Origin: Hemiscyllium ocellatum
Taxonomy: Eukaryota
Assembly: GCF_020745735.1 (NCBI RefSeq)
Contig: NC_083409.1
Coordinates: forward strand, 20,532,098 to 20,596,097
Reading direction: 5' to 3'
Length of the DNA: 64,000 bases
The notes below the pieces were generated by a model that saw only the letters and a list, made by a program, of their open reading frames with translations, was not told the origin of the DNA and did no database searches. A program made the translations under genes and the position numbers. Shown here piece after piece: positions 33,481 through 45,899 of the stretch (position 1 is the first letter of the stretch; every line of letters starts with the position of its first letter).

Positions 33481-36400
33481 ATGGGGTTTAAAATTGCCAG
33501 CATCAACGTGCGTAGCGTCAAATCGGCTACGCGATGCGGTTCAACGATGGCCTTCCTGGCCAGTGTCAAAGCCAATGTCCTGTTTCTGCAGGAGTGTGGG
33601 ATACCGCACCTCAGCAGCTACAGGAGGTGGTCGAGCATGTGGGCCCATGGGCCGTCAGTTTGGTCGGGGGGCAACGATAACCGCTCCTCATGCCTAGGGA
33701 TCCTGTTGCGGGGAGGCAACTTCACCATCTCCGAGGTTAAGGAGGTTGTGGGTGGGCATCTCCTCGTCACGGATGTTAAATACAGAAACGCTCCCGTAAG
33801 ACTAATCAACATGTATGCCCCAGCAGGTAAGAGTGAACAGTTGGCCGTCCTGCAGCAGCTTCCACTGTTACTGACTACGTCCAGGCCGGTCATTCTGGCC
33901 GGAGACTTCAACTGTATCGTTGATGCAGATGGATGATCCAGCGGGGGGGTCAGTAAACTGGACGCCACGTCCAGAGCCCTGATGGACACGGTAAAAGATG
34001 AAAAGCTGCACAACGTCTTCAGCACCCCTGCAGAGGGAGCGCAGCGTAGATACACCTGGTCATGGACAGACGGGTCTATCCGTTCAAGGATAGATTACCT
34101 GTTTGTGTCCCGAACGTTCTCGGTCAGAACCACCGACGTCAAGCCGGTGTTCTTCTCTGACCACTGCCTCCTGCTGGCTGACTGTCACCTACAGGACGAG
34201 CAGCGGGCGGGTAAGGGAACATGGAAGCTGAACACAAAGCTGTTGACCCTGGGAAACATTGAGGAGCTGAAGAGGGACTATGCAGGTTGGAGAACCGCGA
34301 AGCCCCTCTTTGAGTCTCCAGCAGACTGGTGGGAAACAGTAAAAGGGAACATCAAGAGGTTCTTCATCCTCAAAGGTGTTCAGGAGATGAGAGAGATGCG
34401 GGGGAAACTGTCCCAGCTCCAGGAAAGTATGCAGAACCTGTTCTTTCTGCAGATAATGGGGGTGGATGTCACGGAGGACCTCAAGGAGGTGAAGGGCCAG
34501 CAAGCCTCGGTCTTTGCTTCGGAGGCTTCCAAGATAATCTTCCGGTCCAGGGTCCGCTCGGTGGAGCAGGACGAGACGTGCTCACGTTTCTTCTTCCAGA
34601 AGGTGCACAAAGACAGCTCTGTGCTCAGCAGCCTGAAGGAAGAAGACGGCTCGGTAACATCATCACAGTCTGACATCATGAGGATCAGCAAATCCTTCTA
34701 TGCCAGCCTGTATGATGCGAAGCCAACCGACAGTGTGGCCTCCCAGTCGTTCCTGTCCTCTATCACGGAGGTCCTAGATGACGGAACATGAGAGAGGCTG
34801 GACCAGCTGCTATCTCTGGATGAGCTGACCAGGGCCCTCGAGTCCTTCAAAAAGAATAAAACTCCTGGAAGCGACGGCTTACCAGTCGAGATCTATTCCG
34901 CCCTTTGGGACTTGATTGGCTGGCACCTGCTGGATGTGTATGTCAGTATGCTTCGGGCAGGTACCATGAGTGAATCCATGAGGAAAGGCATCATCACACT
35001 CATCTACAAGCAGAAGGGGGAGAGGGACGAAATTAGAAATTGGAGACCGATCTCACTGTTAAAAACAGACTACAAAATCTTGTCAAAGGTCATCGCCAAC
35101 CGAGTCAGGTCTGTTCTGGGAGCGGAGATCCACACTGACCAAACCTGTGCTGTACTGGGCAGGAAGATCTCTGAGAGTCTTGCACTCCTCAGGGATACGA
35201 TCGCCTACGTGCAGGACAGGGGGTGGACACCTGCCTCATCAGCCTGGACCAGGAGAAAGCTTTTGACAGGATATCGCGTACATATATGACGGATGTCCTC
35301 TCCAAAATGGGCTTTGGGAGGGAATCGGAAATTGGATCAGACTGCTCTACACCAACATTGTCAGTGCAGTCTCAATCAATGGGTTGGAATCAAATAGCTT
35401 CCCAGTTAGATCTGGAGTCAGGCAGGGCTGCCCACTCTCTCCTGCCTTGTTTGTGTGTTGCATAGAGCCATTTTCCAAATCCATCAGGAAGGATGCGAGC
35501 CTGAGAGGGGTGACTATTCCTGGCAGTGGGGGCCTACAGGTTAAGGCCTCCCTGTACATGGATGACGGCGCCGTTTTCTGCTCGGATCCGCTGTCCGTGC
35601 ACAGACTCCTGTGCATCTGTGACCAGTTCGAACAGGCCTCGGGGGCCAAGGTAAACCGAGGCAAGAGCGAGGCCATGCTCTTCGGGAACTGGACTGACCA
35701 ATCCTATATCCCCTTCACCATCAGGACTGACCACCTGAAGGTGCTGGGTATTTGGTTCGGGGGGCTGGGGCGTGCGCCAAGACCTGGGATGAGTGGACCA
35801 GGAAGATGAGACAGAAAATAGGCAGATGGGAGCAATGGTCGCTCTCCATCGCGGGAAAAAACCTGGTCATCAGGTGTGAGGTACTCTCAGTATTGTTATA
35901 TGTGGCACAGGTCTGGCCTATCCCCAGAACCTGTGCTGCCACAGTCCCCCGGGCCATCTTCCACTTCATGTGGAGATCAAAGATGGACCGGGTCCGAAGA
36001 GACACTATGTACAAAGACCGGTGCAATGGGGGAAAAAACACTCCCAATGCCACCCTCACCCTGATGGCCACCTTTGTGTGTGGCTGTATCAAGCTGTGCG
36101 TGGATCCCCAGTATGCAAACACCAAGTGTCACTACGTACTGAGGTTCTACCTGTCCCCGGTGTTGCGAAGGATGGGCCTGGCCTCGCTGCCGCGGAATGC
36201 TCCGAGTAGTTGAACCGTTCCATACCACCTGTCCATCGTGGAGAAAGTTTTGAAGAAAAACACCTTTGACCACAAGTCCATCAGGAAGTGGTCAGCACGT
36301 AGCGTCCTTGAGATCCTTCGGGAAAAGGAGAGGGTGGATCCTGTTGAGTGGTTCCCTGAGCAGACTGTCAAAGCCATTTGGCAGAATGCCTCATTGCCAG

Positions 36401-36654
36401 AACTTTCCAACAAGCACCAAGACATGGCTTGGCTGGTGGTGAGAAGGGCTCTGCCTGTGAGATCATTTATGCACGCCCGGACTCTCTGCCACACCGCACA
36501 CTGTCCTCGAAGCGGCTGTGGGGGGGACGAGACTGTCACACACCTCCTTCTGGAATGTGCCTATGCAGGTGAAGACTGGAGAGGAATGCAGTGGTATTTG
36601 TCGAGGTTCGTCCTGAGCAGCGCCGTGACGCGGGACTCCGTGCTCTACAGCCTG
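33481..36654 (+). pseudogene. Tx1 ORF2 (endonuclease-reverse transcriptase), interrupted
   Basis: MGFKIASINVRS, LAGDFNC, RSRIDYLF, FSDH, KTPGSDG, NWRPISLL, SLDQEKAFD, VRQGCPLSP, YMDD (35555-35566) and CPRSGCGGDETVTHLLLEC. Stops at 33934, 34789 and 36211, and frameshifts near 35222, 35318 and 35760. Confidence 0.92.
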
Positions 36655-37985
36655 GGAAGGTAGATCCAAGTTGAGGGAGAAGCCACCGATGTGATTGACC
36701 CCTGTGGGATCTGGACTAGTAAGCGGCAGGTCAGGGTAACTCTGAGGGTTGATGGTAATGGGGAAATTCTCCACCCACCCTCGAGCTTCGCAATTGGAGG
36801 GAACAGGGGCTACCTGACATATGCAGGGCAGCCGAAAGTGTGCCGATCCTGTGGGAAGGCGGGACACATGGTGGCGGATTGTAAGGTGACCATCTGCAGG
36901 AATTGCAAACAGGAGGCTCACCTGACTAAGGACTGTCAGGAAGCAAAGAGCTGCAACCTGTGCGGAGAGGCAGGCCACATGTACAAGACCTGCCCAAGAC
37001 GGGGGAGGCAGGGGGCCCACTTACGCACAGATGGCTGGAGGTGGCAATGTGAGTCGTGGATTCCCAAAGACCAGCAAGGTCCACCCAGACAGCAGGGAAA
37101 CGGAGACTGGTGGCACCCAGAAAGAAGAACAGGCTGGAGTGGAGGAGGCAGCAGCCAGTGGAGAGACACAGCAGCTGATCCTAGCTCTAGCTGGGCAGAT
37201 GGGAGCAATGGAGGAGGAAGTAATCGAGAAGGCAGAGGAGCGGATACCTGTTAAAAACAGGAAGAGAAAATCCTGCCAGGCCCCCAAAGCCTCCTAGCAA
37301 AGGGGGAAAAGACAACTGCACAAGGGAGAGATGGCCAGATCTTCGGATGGGGAAGACGAGCGCAAAGAAGGTCATCACCACCAGAAGAAGAGACAAAGCG
37401 CCGTAGATAAAGAGGAGGGCATTTCCTCCCAACCAGGAAATAATGGAACCCTGAAGTCCACCTTCCACCTAGTGAGAACCAGGGGGTACCCACAACTCCA
37501 GGTAACTGAAAGCTGTGATCCTCTGACAATCCCATTGTCAGACACAGAACTGGACGGTGAGGACCCTTGCCTTGGCTCAATGACACCAGAGCGGGTAAAT
37601 GACCCCAGTGAGGAGCTGGATAGCTACCTCAGCCCAGTGAAGGTCCAGCAGTTCCTGCTCACCATGGGGATGCAGACAGCTACCCCAGAGACGGGACAGT
37701 CAAATGGACAATGGTAACCCCATAAACTGGGGATTAAAGAAGGTTCCTTTGTTATCGTATAACAGGGCACCCACTCACTAGGTGGGTTCCGCTGAAGCCG
37801 CATCTAAATAATAAGAGACTGGATGGTTAATAAAGGGAACTGTAAATAGGATAACTGTAAATTCGATTAATTCAATCTTTTCTTTGTAATGTTAAGACGT
37901 GCAATGTATATATCTATGAACGACATGACAAATTGTACAGGTACCATTATTTCTATGAATAATGTATATTTTGAAATTTTTAAAA
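36651..37985 (+). mobile_element. 5'-truncated ORF1-only Tx1 derivative (ORF1 directly followed by a 3'UTR-like tail)
   Basis: IDPCGIWTSKRQVRVTL...CRSCGKAGHMVADC...CNLCGEAGHMYKTC parallels the first ORF1. After the ORF1 end (about 37717) and ggggattaaa, no ORF2 follows. An AT-rich tail ends tatgaataatgtatattttgaaatttttaaaaa. Confidence 0.8.
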
Positions 37986-38559
37986 ATCCTGTTTTTCTGC
38001 AGGCAATACATCTCAAAAACAATCACATTTGTTTCAACAAAATGTAGTAGACAATATATTTTGGTCCAAGGAAGGACTGGACGTTTTGGCAATGATCTGA
38101 ATTTGTATCTGGAATTTTAATGAATCTGTCAACATGGAAAATAATGAATTTGTTTTTTAAGAGTATTGTGTGTTTTACTTTTGTTGTGGAAGTTTTCAGC
38201 AACTGCGTTGCACATTATCAAAATGTGAGCAGAGTTTTCAGAGCAGATTGTAGGATGTGGGTTGGACTGAAGCTTTCTCAGTGAGAGGAAAGTATTAATA
38301 GAAAAACTATTTTTTTCAGTTTTCACCCCAACAGGGGAAAACCTCAAAGAAGGGCTATGTAATTGGAAGAGCATTGAGTTGTCAGTGTGGCAGAGGGATT
38401 TACTGTACTCAGTGCCTTCTTCCCCAAGCTGCATTCATCCAGACATCCTGATGTGTAAACAAAACAGAAATTTATTAAACTCCAGCAGGTCTGGCAGCAT
38501 CTGTGGAGAGAAAGCAGAGTTAGTCCCTTCTGAAGCATCTTGACTTGTACTTGTTGCAT

Positions 38560-39900
38560 CAGACTTTGCCGAGTCAGGAGGTAAATTACTTCGCACAGAG
38601 TTCCCAGCCTCTGATGTTATCCTGCAAACCTTGTTTATTTGACTAATCCAGTTCCATTTCTGGTAAATGGTGACATCCTCCAGGATAGTGTTAGTGGGAT
38701 TCAATTATGGTAATGTCGTGAATGATGAGGGGAGATGACTGGATCCTATGTTTTGGTCATTGTCTGGCACTGTTTGTCACCAATGTTATTTCCAACCTAT
38801 CAGCCCAAGACTTCTTGAATGTTGTTCAGGTTTAACTGATAGTGACTCGGAATACAGCTGAGGAATTATGAATGGGATTCAACAGTGTGAGTCATGAAGC
38901 ATCCTCATTTCTGACTTAATGGAGAAAATGACTCTGAAGATGATTGGATCTTGGACAATGCCCTGGGACTGAGGTGTTTGAACGTGCAACAGACACAACT
39001 ATCTCCTGATTCCAATGGCTTCAATTTTTCTAACACTCCTTGATACCATACTTCGCCAAAAGCTCCCTTAATGTCAGCCCAATTATTGGATGTAATGAGA
39101 ATTGGAGCTGAATGGTCCTGACAGAAGCCAAACTGTCAGTGTTTTATTGGGGAATGTATTTCTTCATTGCATTGTTAATGATGATCAACCATTTTGCTGA
39201 GGATTAAGCAGAGACAGATGGAGCAACGTTTGAATAGTTTGGACATTCCTCCATTTTGAGGGCAGGATTTACCTGGGTAAATTTACACATTGTTAGTAGT
39301 TGTCAGTGTTGTTGCTGCATTTAAACAGATTGTCAAGAGATATGACTCGTTCTGGAGCACAAGCCACCAATCGTATAGTTAATATGTTTTCAAGTCTTAT
39401 TGTAATTGCAGTGTCCTCTTATCCCGTCATAAGTATCAGAGAAGGATGGAGTTAAGTTGGTTATTTTCCCCATTGGTTTTGTTCTTACCTGCTGCAGATC
39501 AAGTCTATCAAATTTACCTTTTAGGATTTCACCAACCTGGCCATTAGTGCTGCTATAAATGTATATTTGGTGATGAAAATTGAAGTCATTCTGAGACCTT
39601 GCCACCCTCACTACTTCCTCAAAGTGGCGTTCAACATGGAATACTGATTCACCAGTTAGGGGGTGGCGGGAATCAGCAGGAAGTTGTCCATGGTTGACCT
39701 GATGCCCTCAGACTTTATGGAATCTGAAGTCAATATTGAAGTCTCCCAGAGCAACTCACTCCCAATTGTATGATACTGCCACTACCTCTGCTGAGTCTAT
39801 CCTGCTAAGGAGGAGTGTGCAACATTGGCTACAAATTGGGTGTGACTATGTCAGGCTGAAACTTGAGTGTTCTGTGGGGCAATTAGACACAATCCCTGAC
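38560..39900 (-). mobile_element. Old L2/CR1-group LINE fragment of the same family as 1141-2450
   Basis: Shared segments, e.g. gactatgtcaggctg at about 39844 versus 2207, and agtaaggag. Confidence 0.6.
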
Positions 39901-40689
39901 AATGAGTAAGGAGAACTTTGCAGAGTCGTCTGGACTGGATATATTGCTGTTATTTCTGGTTCCTTGATTGTTATCACATGGTGTGTTTGGTTTTATTATT
40001 TACCTTCCCCAGCAGTTTATGGAAGAACTAGGTGGCTTACTTGGCTACTTCAGACTGAAGAGCCAACCATGTTGCTGTGGGCTTGGAGACATATGGAGAC
40101 CAGAACGGGTGGGGAAGACAGATGTTCTTACATAAGGGATGACAGAGTTTTCAAAGTGGTGACCCTGGGATTGTGCTTGGTATTGCCAGGGGCATATGGG
40201 TGTTTTTAGTATTCATGGGATACCTTTTGGAAAATTTATTATTTCCTGTCTGTTTTCTGGAATGTTTTCAGTGTTGCTGGGGTGTCAGCATTTTAAAGAT
40301 GTCCCTGAGAATGTGTTGGTATTTGGTATTTACATGGACTCTCATGGAGGGTTTCAGCATTTATTGAGACTCCCTGGCAGCATGCTTTTAGAATCTTCAT
40401 CCATGTGTTTGAATGTTTATTCAAATAGATGGGAATAACTATTTGTAAAAATGGAACCAAAGCAGATGAAAGAAATTTAAAATTCTCCATGACATTTTTC
40501 ATTTTCCCAAACTAGATTTGTTAACTTTGCATTGAATCAACACTCTTGTGTAAATTAGATCAAGATTCTTTTAAGCGATGTTTATTTCAGATATTTCTGG
40601 AAGTTTCCAAATATGTCATTTGTTCCTAGACTTGAGTAAGGGTTGTGGTTTTTGTCCTAGCACCTAGTAGAATTTATGATAGTGGAGGT

Positions 40690-40941
40690 GCTGGTATTGC
40701 ACTGGGGTGGACAAAGTTAAAAATCACACAACACCAGGTTGGAGTCCAGCAGGTTTACTTGGAAGTACTGTACTGGCTTTCAGAGTGCTGCTCCTTCATC
40801 AGGTGGTTGTCGAGCAGGATCATAAAACAAAGGATCTTATGATCCTGGTCCACAGCTACCTGATGAAGGAGCAGCACTCTGAAAGCTAGTGCTTCCAAAT
40901 AAACCTGTTGGACTATAACCTGGTGTTGTATGTTTTATAAC
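40690..40941. mobile_element. Penelope-derived palindrome (family B) with two inverted hammerhead motifs
   Basis: Arms mirror around aggatcataa...ttatgatcct. The plus strand at 40857-40891 reads TAC-CTGATGA-A-GGAG-CAGCA-CTCT-GAAA-GCTA-GTG, with a mirror copy at about 40775-40805. Confidence 0.75.
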
Positions 40942-42079
40942 TCTGTAGAAATTCGGCAATGTTTGGAGTGGAGTATCTTTTGGTTGTAGTGTACTGATGG
41001 TGTTTCGCCTCTGGTTTTCTTCAGTTTCTTCCTGTCAACTGATGTAAATTTCAGTCTCAGCAGTCTACTGGTTTCCCCATTCTGTTGCAGTATTTAGAGT
41101 TCTCAGACATGTGCAGTTTTGGCGCGGTTTCACTTAACAGGCAGTCATCCCGATAAGATAGGCCATCTTTTTGAACAGCAGTGGGCCTTGTAATGGTGGT
41201 AGGTGATTTGAGATTAAATAGAGCTACCAGTGATGAATAAGCAAGTCAGAGAGCGTGTGTGGAGGTGATGTGCCTAAGGTGCTGACTCATTTGTAGTGTC
41301 AGAAGTATCTTTGAAGTTTTCAAGTTGGCAGGGTTCGTGTTTGAAAATGTCAGACTGTACCTGAACCCAGAAGTATCTAGAAAATTAAATTTGCCATCAT
41401 AACCTTTTTAATGTAGAAAGATGATTATTCCTGTAAGGTGTTGACCCTGACCTCAATTTCTTTCTCTTGGAATGGAAATTTATTTTCTCAATTTTCTTCC
41501 CTGTTCTCCATATTCTGACTGAGAATTTGGCCAGGTAATCACTTTTTATTTCTGAGCCTTTATCATCTGTTGCCGGGCAAATTAGAGAAGGAATCAGAGG
41601 GCTGATCCGTCCCACAGGAGTGCACTTGGCAAAGGGGAATCACTGGATGGATTCTCTTCACTTTTCTTCCTAAGTTGAACCTGTTCCCTACAGCTTGGAG
41701 ATTGATCAGTTGCAGAACACTTCAGCTCGGTGGTGTGCAACAATATCACAGTGTTGTGTGTAATCGTAAAACAGGGCCTGTGTCTGTTGTCTTGTATTGA
41801 TCTGTGCAACTTCAGAAAAGAAAAGAAAACTTGTTTTAAATGGCACCATTTACAATCATGGAAATTTCTTTCTGTAACTTACAACGTGTGAACACTTTGT
41901 AGTTTACGAAATAGCAATTGCAAAATACAATTTGAGCATATTAGGTTCATCAAAACAGCAAATTGTTGAATAGGATAGTCTGTTGAAATAAATATTGACC
42001 AGAATGCTGAGGTCTTCTGCATCCGTCTCATCTGAAGAACACCATTAGTAAAATAGTGCAGTACACCCTCAGTACTGTA

Positions 42080-42299
42080 CAGGTCATTCTGCTATAACGT
42101 GCATTTCGTTAACACAAATTTGCTATAATATGATCGACAAATTGGGGACACTGTTTCTAAAGCACAAACTCTGAAAACGTGTGTTGGCTGTAACCCGATT
42201 ACATCGCGAAGACTTTAAGTGCTGTTTCTAAAATGTGATTTTCCGATATCATGGGGGTTGGACAGCAATGCAACCATTGTGTTATAGAAGAACTACCTG
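42080..42299. mobile_element. MITE (Tc1/mariner-pogo-like) inserted in a SINE
   Basis: TIRs caggtcattctgctataac and gttatagaagaactacctg, with a 5' TA flank. No coding capacity. Confidence 0.75.
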
Positions 42300-42697
42300 G
42301 AATGAAATGTCTGCCTGAGAGATCTGCTCAAATCTCTGGTGGGATTTGAACCCACAATCTACTGTCACAGGCTACACAACTGCTGTCTGGTCAGTGACTG
42401 CCCTTTCCTGCTCTTAAAATAAGTGGCACAGTCGTGATGAAATACCCTTTTGGTGTGGTGTGCACATTATATCATATTGCTCCCATTCTGATCCTCTTTA
42501 TTTGTCTAAATCAATGGAGAACAAACTAATTTCATGAATTATCAACCCTTCCACACATTCTCATGTCAATAAATTTTATTCATTGCCCTGAAGGCCTCAA
42601 TTGATAGAGATAAGCAAAAGACCAAGCAGATTATCAGACTTTATTGTTTAAAATATTAAATCTCTTTGATTTATAGGATATTTGATTAATCTACATG

Positions 42698-42856
42698 CAG
42701 AGGAGCCTCGATTATCTGGCATTCGATTATCTGAATTTCGGATCATCCGAACTAGATTGTAAGATCCCGATGCTTGGCTAAACTGTATTACCCGGAATTC
42801 AATTATCCAAACAAAACACTCCTTACCATGTCGCTCGGGTAATCGAGGTTCCTCTG
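42698..42856. mobile_element. MITE (Tc1/mariner-like)
   Basis: TIRs cagaggagcctcgattatc and ggtaatcgaggttcctctg, with a 3' TA flank and internal tcgattatc repeats. Confidence 0.8.
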
Positions 42857-44269
42857 TAAATTGTTCCATTGTTTTAATGTTGTGCTTCCTTGTGAATCTA
42901 CATTATGATCTGAAAAGCACATGGCTGTTCTGGGTTGTGTTTAATTGTTTGCAGTGAACAGGACATTCACAACAACATCAAGTGTCCCAAACTAATTGTT
43001 ATCAAAGTGATTTACCTTTCTCCTTCCGTTATTTTTTAAAAATTGGAACTTTCATTCAACCTTCAGAGTAGTCACAGCATATAACCGTGCGTCAACTCTT
43101 TTCCAGTTCCTGATGAGAAACATTTCTGCCATGACACTAGCCAACCTCTCACTTTACAGTCACTTTCAAATAAATGTTTGTTCAAACCATTCTTTGTTTC
43201 TATATTAAAGGCATTTGCTGGAACAGGCAATAATATTTGAAGAGCTCATTTATCCACCATTTTCCAAGGATGGGTAGTGGAGGCTTTCCTTGGCTAATTC
43301 TTTTCATTTTCACCACATAAGGGATATTGTGATCTAGGCATTTGTGTCTGAGCATAAGTTGGACTTTCTCTGCAGATTGCAGCTGCAGTAACATATCCCT
43401 ATTGTGACCTTTTACCACCTGCTGTAGTTGTTTTATCAAACTCCCTGTTCAGTTATGTATATCTCATGTTCTGAAAAGATTTCTGTGTTGTGGCTTCTGT
43501 GACTATTGGACTCTTTGTGACACTCTGTGACAATCCATTTCTCTCTGTGACTCTGTCTTGTCTTTTGGAAAGGGAACATGCATTTAACGTGAGGTGAACT
43601 GATAGAGTTGTGAAAAGAGGTCTATAATGTAAGAAAAAATATCAGTCATGGTTTAATTTTACTAACGTCAGTAAATGACAATTAACCATTAATTTACAGA
43701 AATGGAACATTTACATTGTGAGAAGGAAGAGAGACGAGATAATGTAGGGACCAGGAAATGGGACTTGGCCAGATTAGCAGTTGTTTAATGAATGGTAGAG
43801 TCTCAGAAAAACAACCAAATATTTGCAGGGGCAAATATTTGATCAAAGGACTGTTATAAAGAAAGAAATACTTACATCTAAATAGTGAGTTTTGTGGTTA
43901 TGGGGCATCTCAAAATGGCTCTCTGCCATGAAGTACTTTTTGAATTCTGGTCATTGTTTCAAGGGAGGTATTATGAAGTCATAGTTCCAATTGTTCTGGG
44001 ATAATAGCCACTTGGTGATCATGATAATCTGGATAATCAGATTCCGAGCAAAAACTTGGTTGAATATATAGCACAGACACCAAAAGAACTGCTGGAAATC
44101 TGAAACAAAAACATAAATTGCTAGAAAAGCTCAGCAGGTCTGGCAGCATCTTTGGACAGAAATCCGTGAACATTTCTGATTCAGTGACCTTTGTGGTTAC
44201 GGGACATCTCAAAATGGCTCTCTGTGAATGAGGTATTTTTTGAATTCTGCTCATTGTGTTATAAGTGAT

Positions 44270-44910
44270 TTCTGTCTAGGTATTCTAAATCTCCGGAGAA
44301 TAGTTCCTGACACTCGGCTAACTATTCTACTCTAGGGTTCTGATTCAGACCAACCGGGTTGTGCCTCCGAACTCTGCCAACCGCGGACTGTCCTTTAACC
44401 CTTGTATCAAGGAAGACTGTCCACAGGGTTCAGTTCCAAGAGCCAAACTCCAAGCTGTCAGCATCAGCCCTTATCCCCACCGGCTATCACTTCTCCCTTG
44501 GCAAGTCGAAATGCTGCGAGACACACACAAACGGAGCAACAGATGTTTATTCAATCTTCGAAGATTGGGCGAGTTTCCAAAAAGGACTTCGGAAATCGCG
44601 CCGGAAGATTTTACAGCACCAATATTTATACAATATTTTTCCATTCAAAAAACATTAGTGATAATTCCATTGGTTAAAACATCTCACGCTATGGATTTTC
44701 TTACATTAAAAATCATTAATGACAATTCCATTGGTTAAAACATTTCACGCTTTTCTCTGCCAATTCCTTAATTAAAATGTTATATTTTTTTACAATTCTT
44801 GTTAGTTAGTACATTCCATAAAAAGAGCTTTCATTGTATTTTGCCCTCTGTGTCTAACTGAAACATTCCTTGGTTTCTTGCCCAAGGTTACCATGTTCCT
44901 GGCACAACAG
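44270..44910 (-). mobile_element. LTR-like segment
   Basis: Minus-strand order: two 38-bp direct repeats with CCAAT (44730-44734 and 44669-44673), TATAAATA (44623-44630), then AATAAA (44546-44551), followed by CpG-rich sequence. No PBS or TSD identified. Confidence 0.45.
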
Positions 44911-45031
44911 AGGTGACTTCTAGTTCATGCTTCATTATGGACTAATCGATCATTAGTTTCATAATTTAGCTTTTATTCATTAAACCTCAGTTTTAGTACA
45001 GAACTTACCCCACTCATACCAAGAGAGTGTG

Positions 45032-45219
45032 NNNNNNNNNNNNNNNNNNNNNNNNNNNNNNNNNNNNNNNNNNNNNNNNNNNNNNNNNNNNNNNNNNNNN
45101 NNNNNNNNNNNNNNNNNNNNNNNNNNNNNNNNNNNNNNNNNNNNNNNNNNNNNNNNNNNNNNNNNNNNNNNNNNNNNNNNNNNNNNNNNNNNNNNNNNNN
45201 NNNNNNNNNNNNNNNNNNN
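45032..45219. other. Assembly gap (188 N) next to a (GT)n tract
   Basis: Run of N, with GT-rich microsatellite at 45220-45305. Confidence 1.
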
Positions 45220-45272
45220 TTGTGTGTGGGTTGTGTGTGTAGGTGTGTGTATGTGTGTGGGTTATGTGTGAG

Positions 45273-45303
<31 letters not shown>

Positions 45304-45813
45304 TGAATGCATGAAACTGCAGAAATTACATTAACCATATCAATTGTTCCAAGGTAGGTATTATGATGCCATGGCTCAAATTGATATGGCAAAATAACTG
45401 GGGAACAAGGACATGGGCTTCTGTTGATGGTTACTGACATTATTTGATTTTGGTTCTGGTGTACACACACAGATGCTCCTAGTTTGAACCTACTACTTAC
45501 TACTTGCACATTCTTCACTGAAGCTACATTATCTCTCAGGACTGGAGAACATCCCACACTGGTGAAGGATTTGATGCTCGATGTTGGTATACCAAGCAGA
45601 ATTCAATTGTTTATACAAAATGTTGTATTTTATTATCATTAAATAATGTCGACTTAATTTTACTTTTTTTGACCAAATGTCATAATGCAAATAAACATTG
45701 AAAAGCCAAATCCAACATAAATATTTGAGTTTCTGATTGCAAGCTTGTAATGTAATCTAATCTGAATCTGGAAATCTGTGTTGTTGATTATCTTTGCTTT
45801 GCTTTTGTTTTAG

Positions 45814-45899
45814 GTGAGCTGACAAGTTGTGGAGTAGAACATCTAACAAGTCAGTCCTACTAAATCAGAGACTGATAAAGATTCAAAGTACGAGGCAAG
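45814..45899 (+). pseudogene. CEP350: CEP350-like first coding exon, copy 1 (ATG replaced by TTG at 45827)
   Basis: tttag|...|gtacag boundaries. The span from TTG to the donor is 73 nt (24 codons + 1), the size and phase I recall for the human MRSSKSKE...TVQ|A exon. Peptide similarity is weak (LWSRTSNK...TRQ). Confidence 0.5.

Larger units (their letters stand above)
31840..36654 (+). mobile_element. Tx1-clade (L1 group) non-LTR retrotransposon, nearly full-length but decayed and lacking its own 3' end
   Basis: 5'UTR, ORF1 with three CCHC knuckles, and ORF2 with APE, RT (YMDD) and a C-terminal zinc motif. Multiple stops and frameshifts. Confidence 0.92.

Noticed and set aside
44973-45557. 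194-aa ORF and HT repeats
   Set aside because: Artefact of the N gap and the (GT)n tract.
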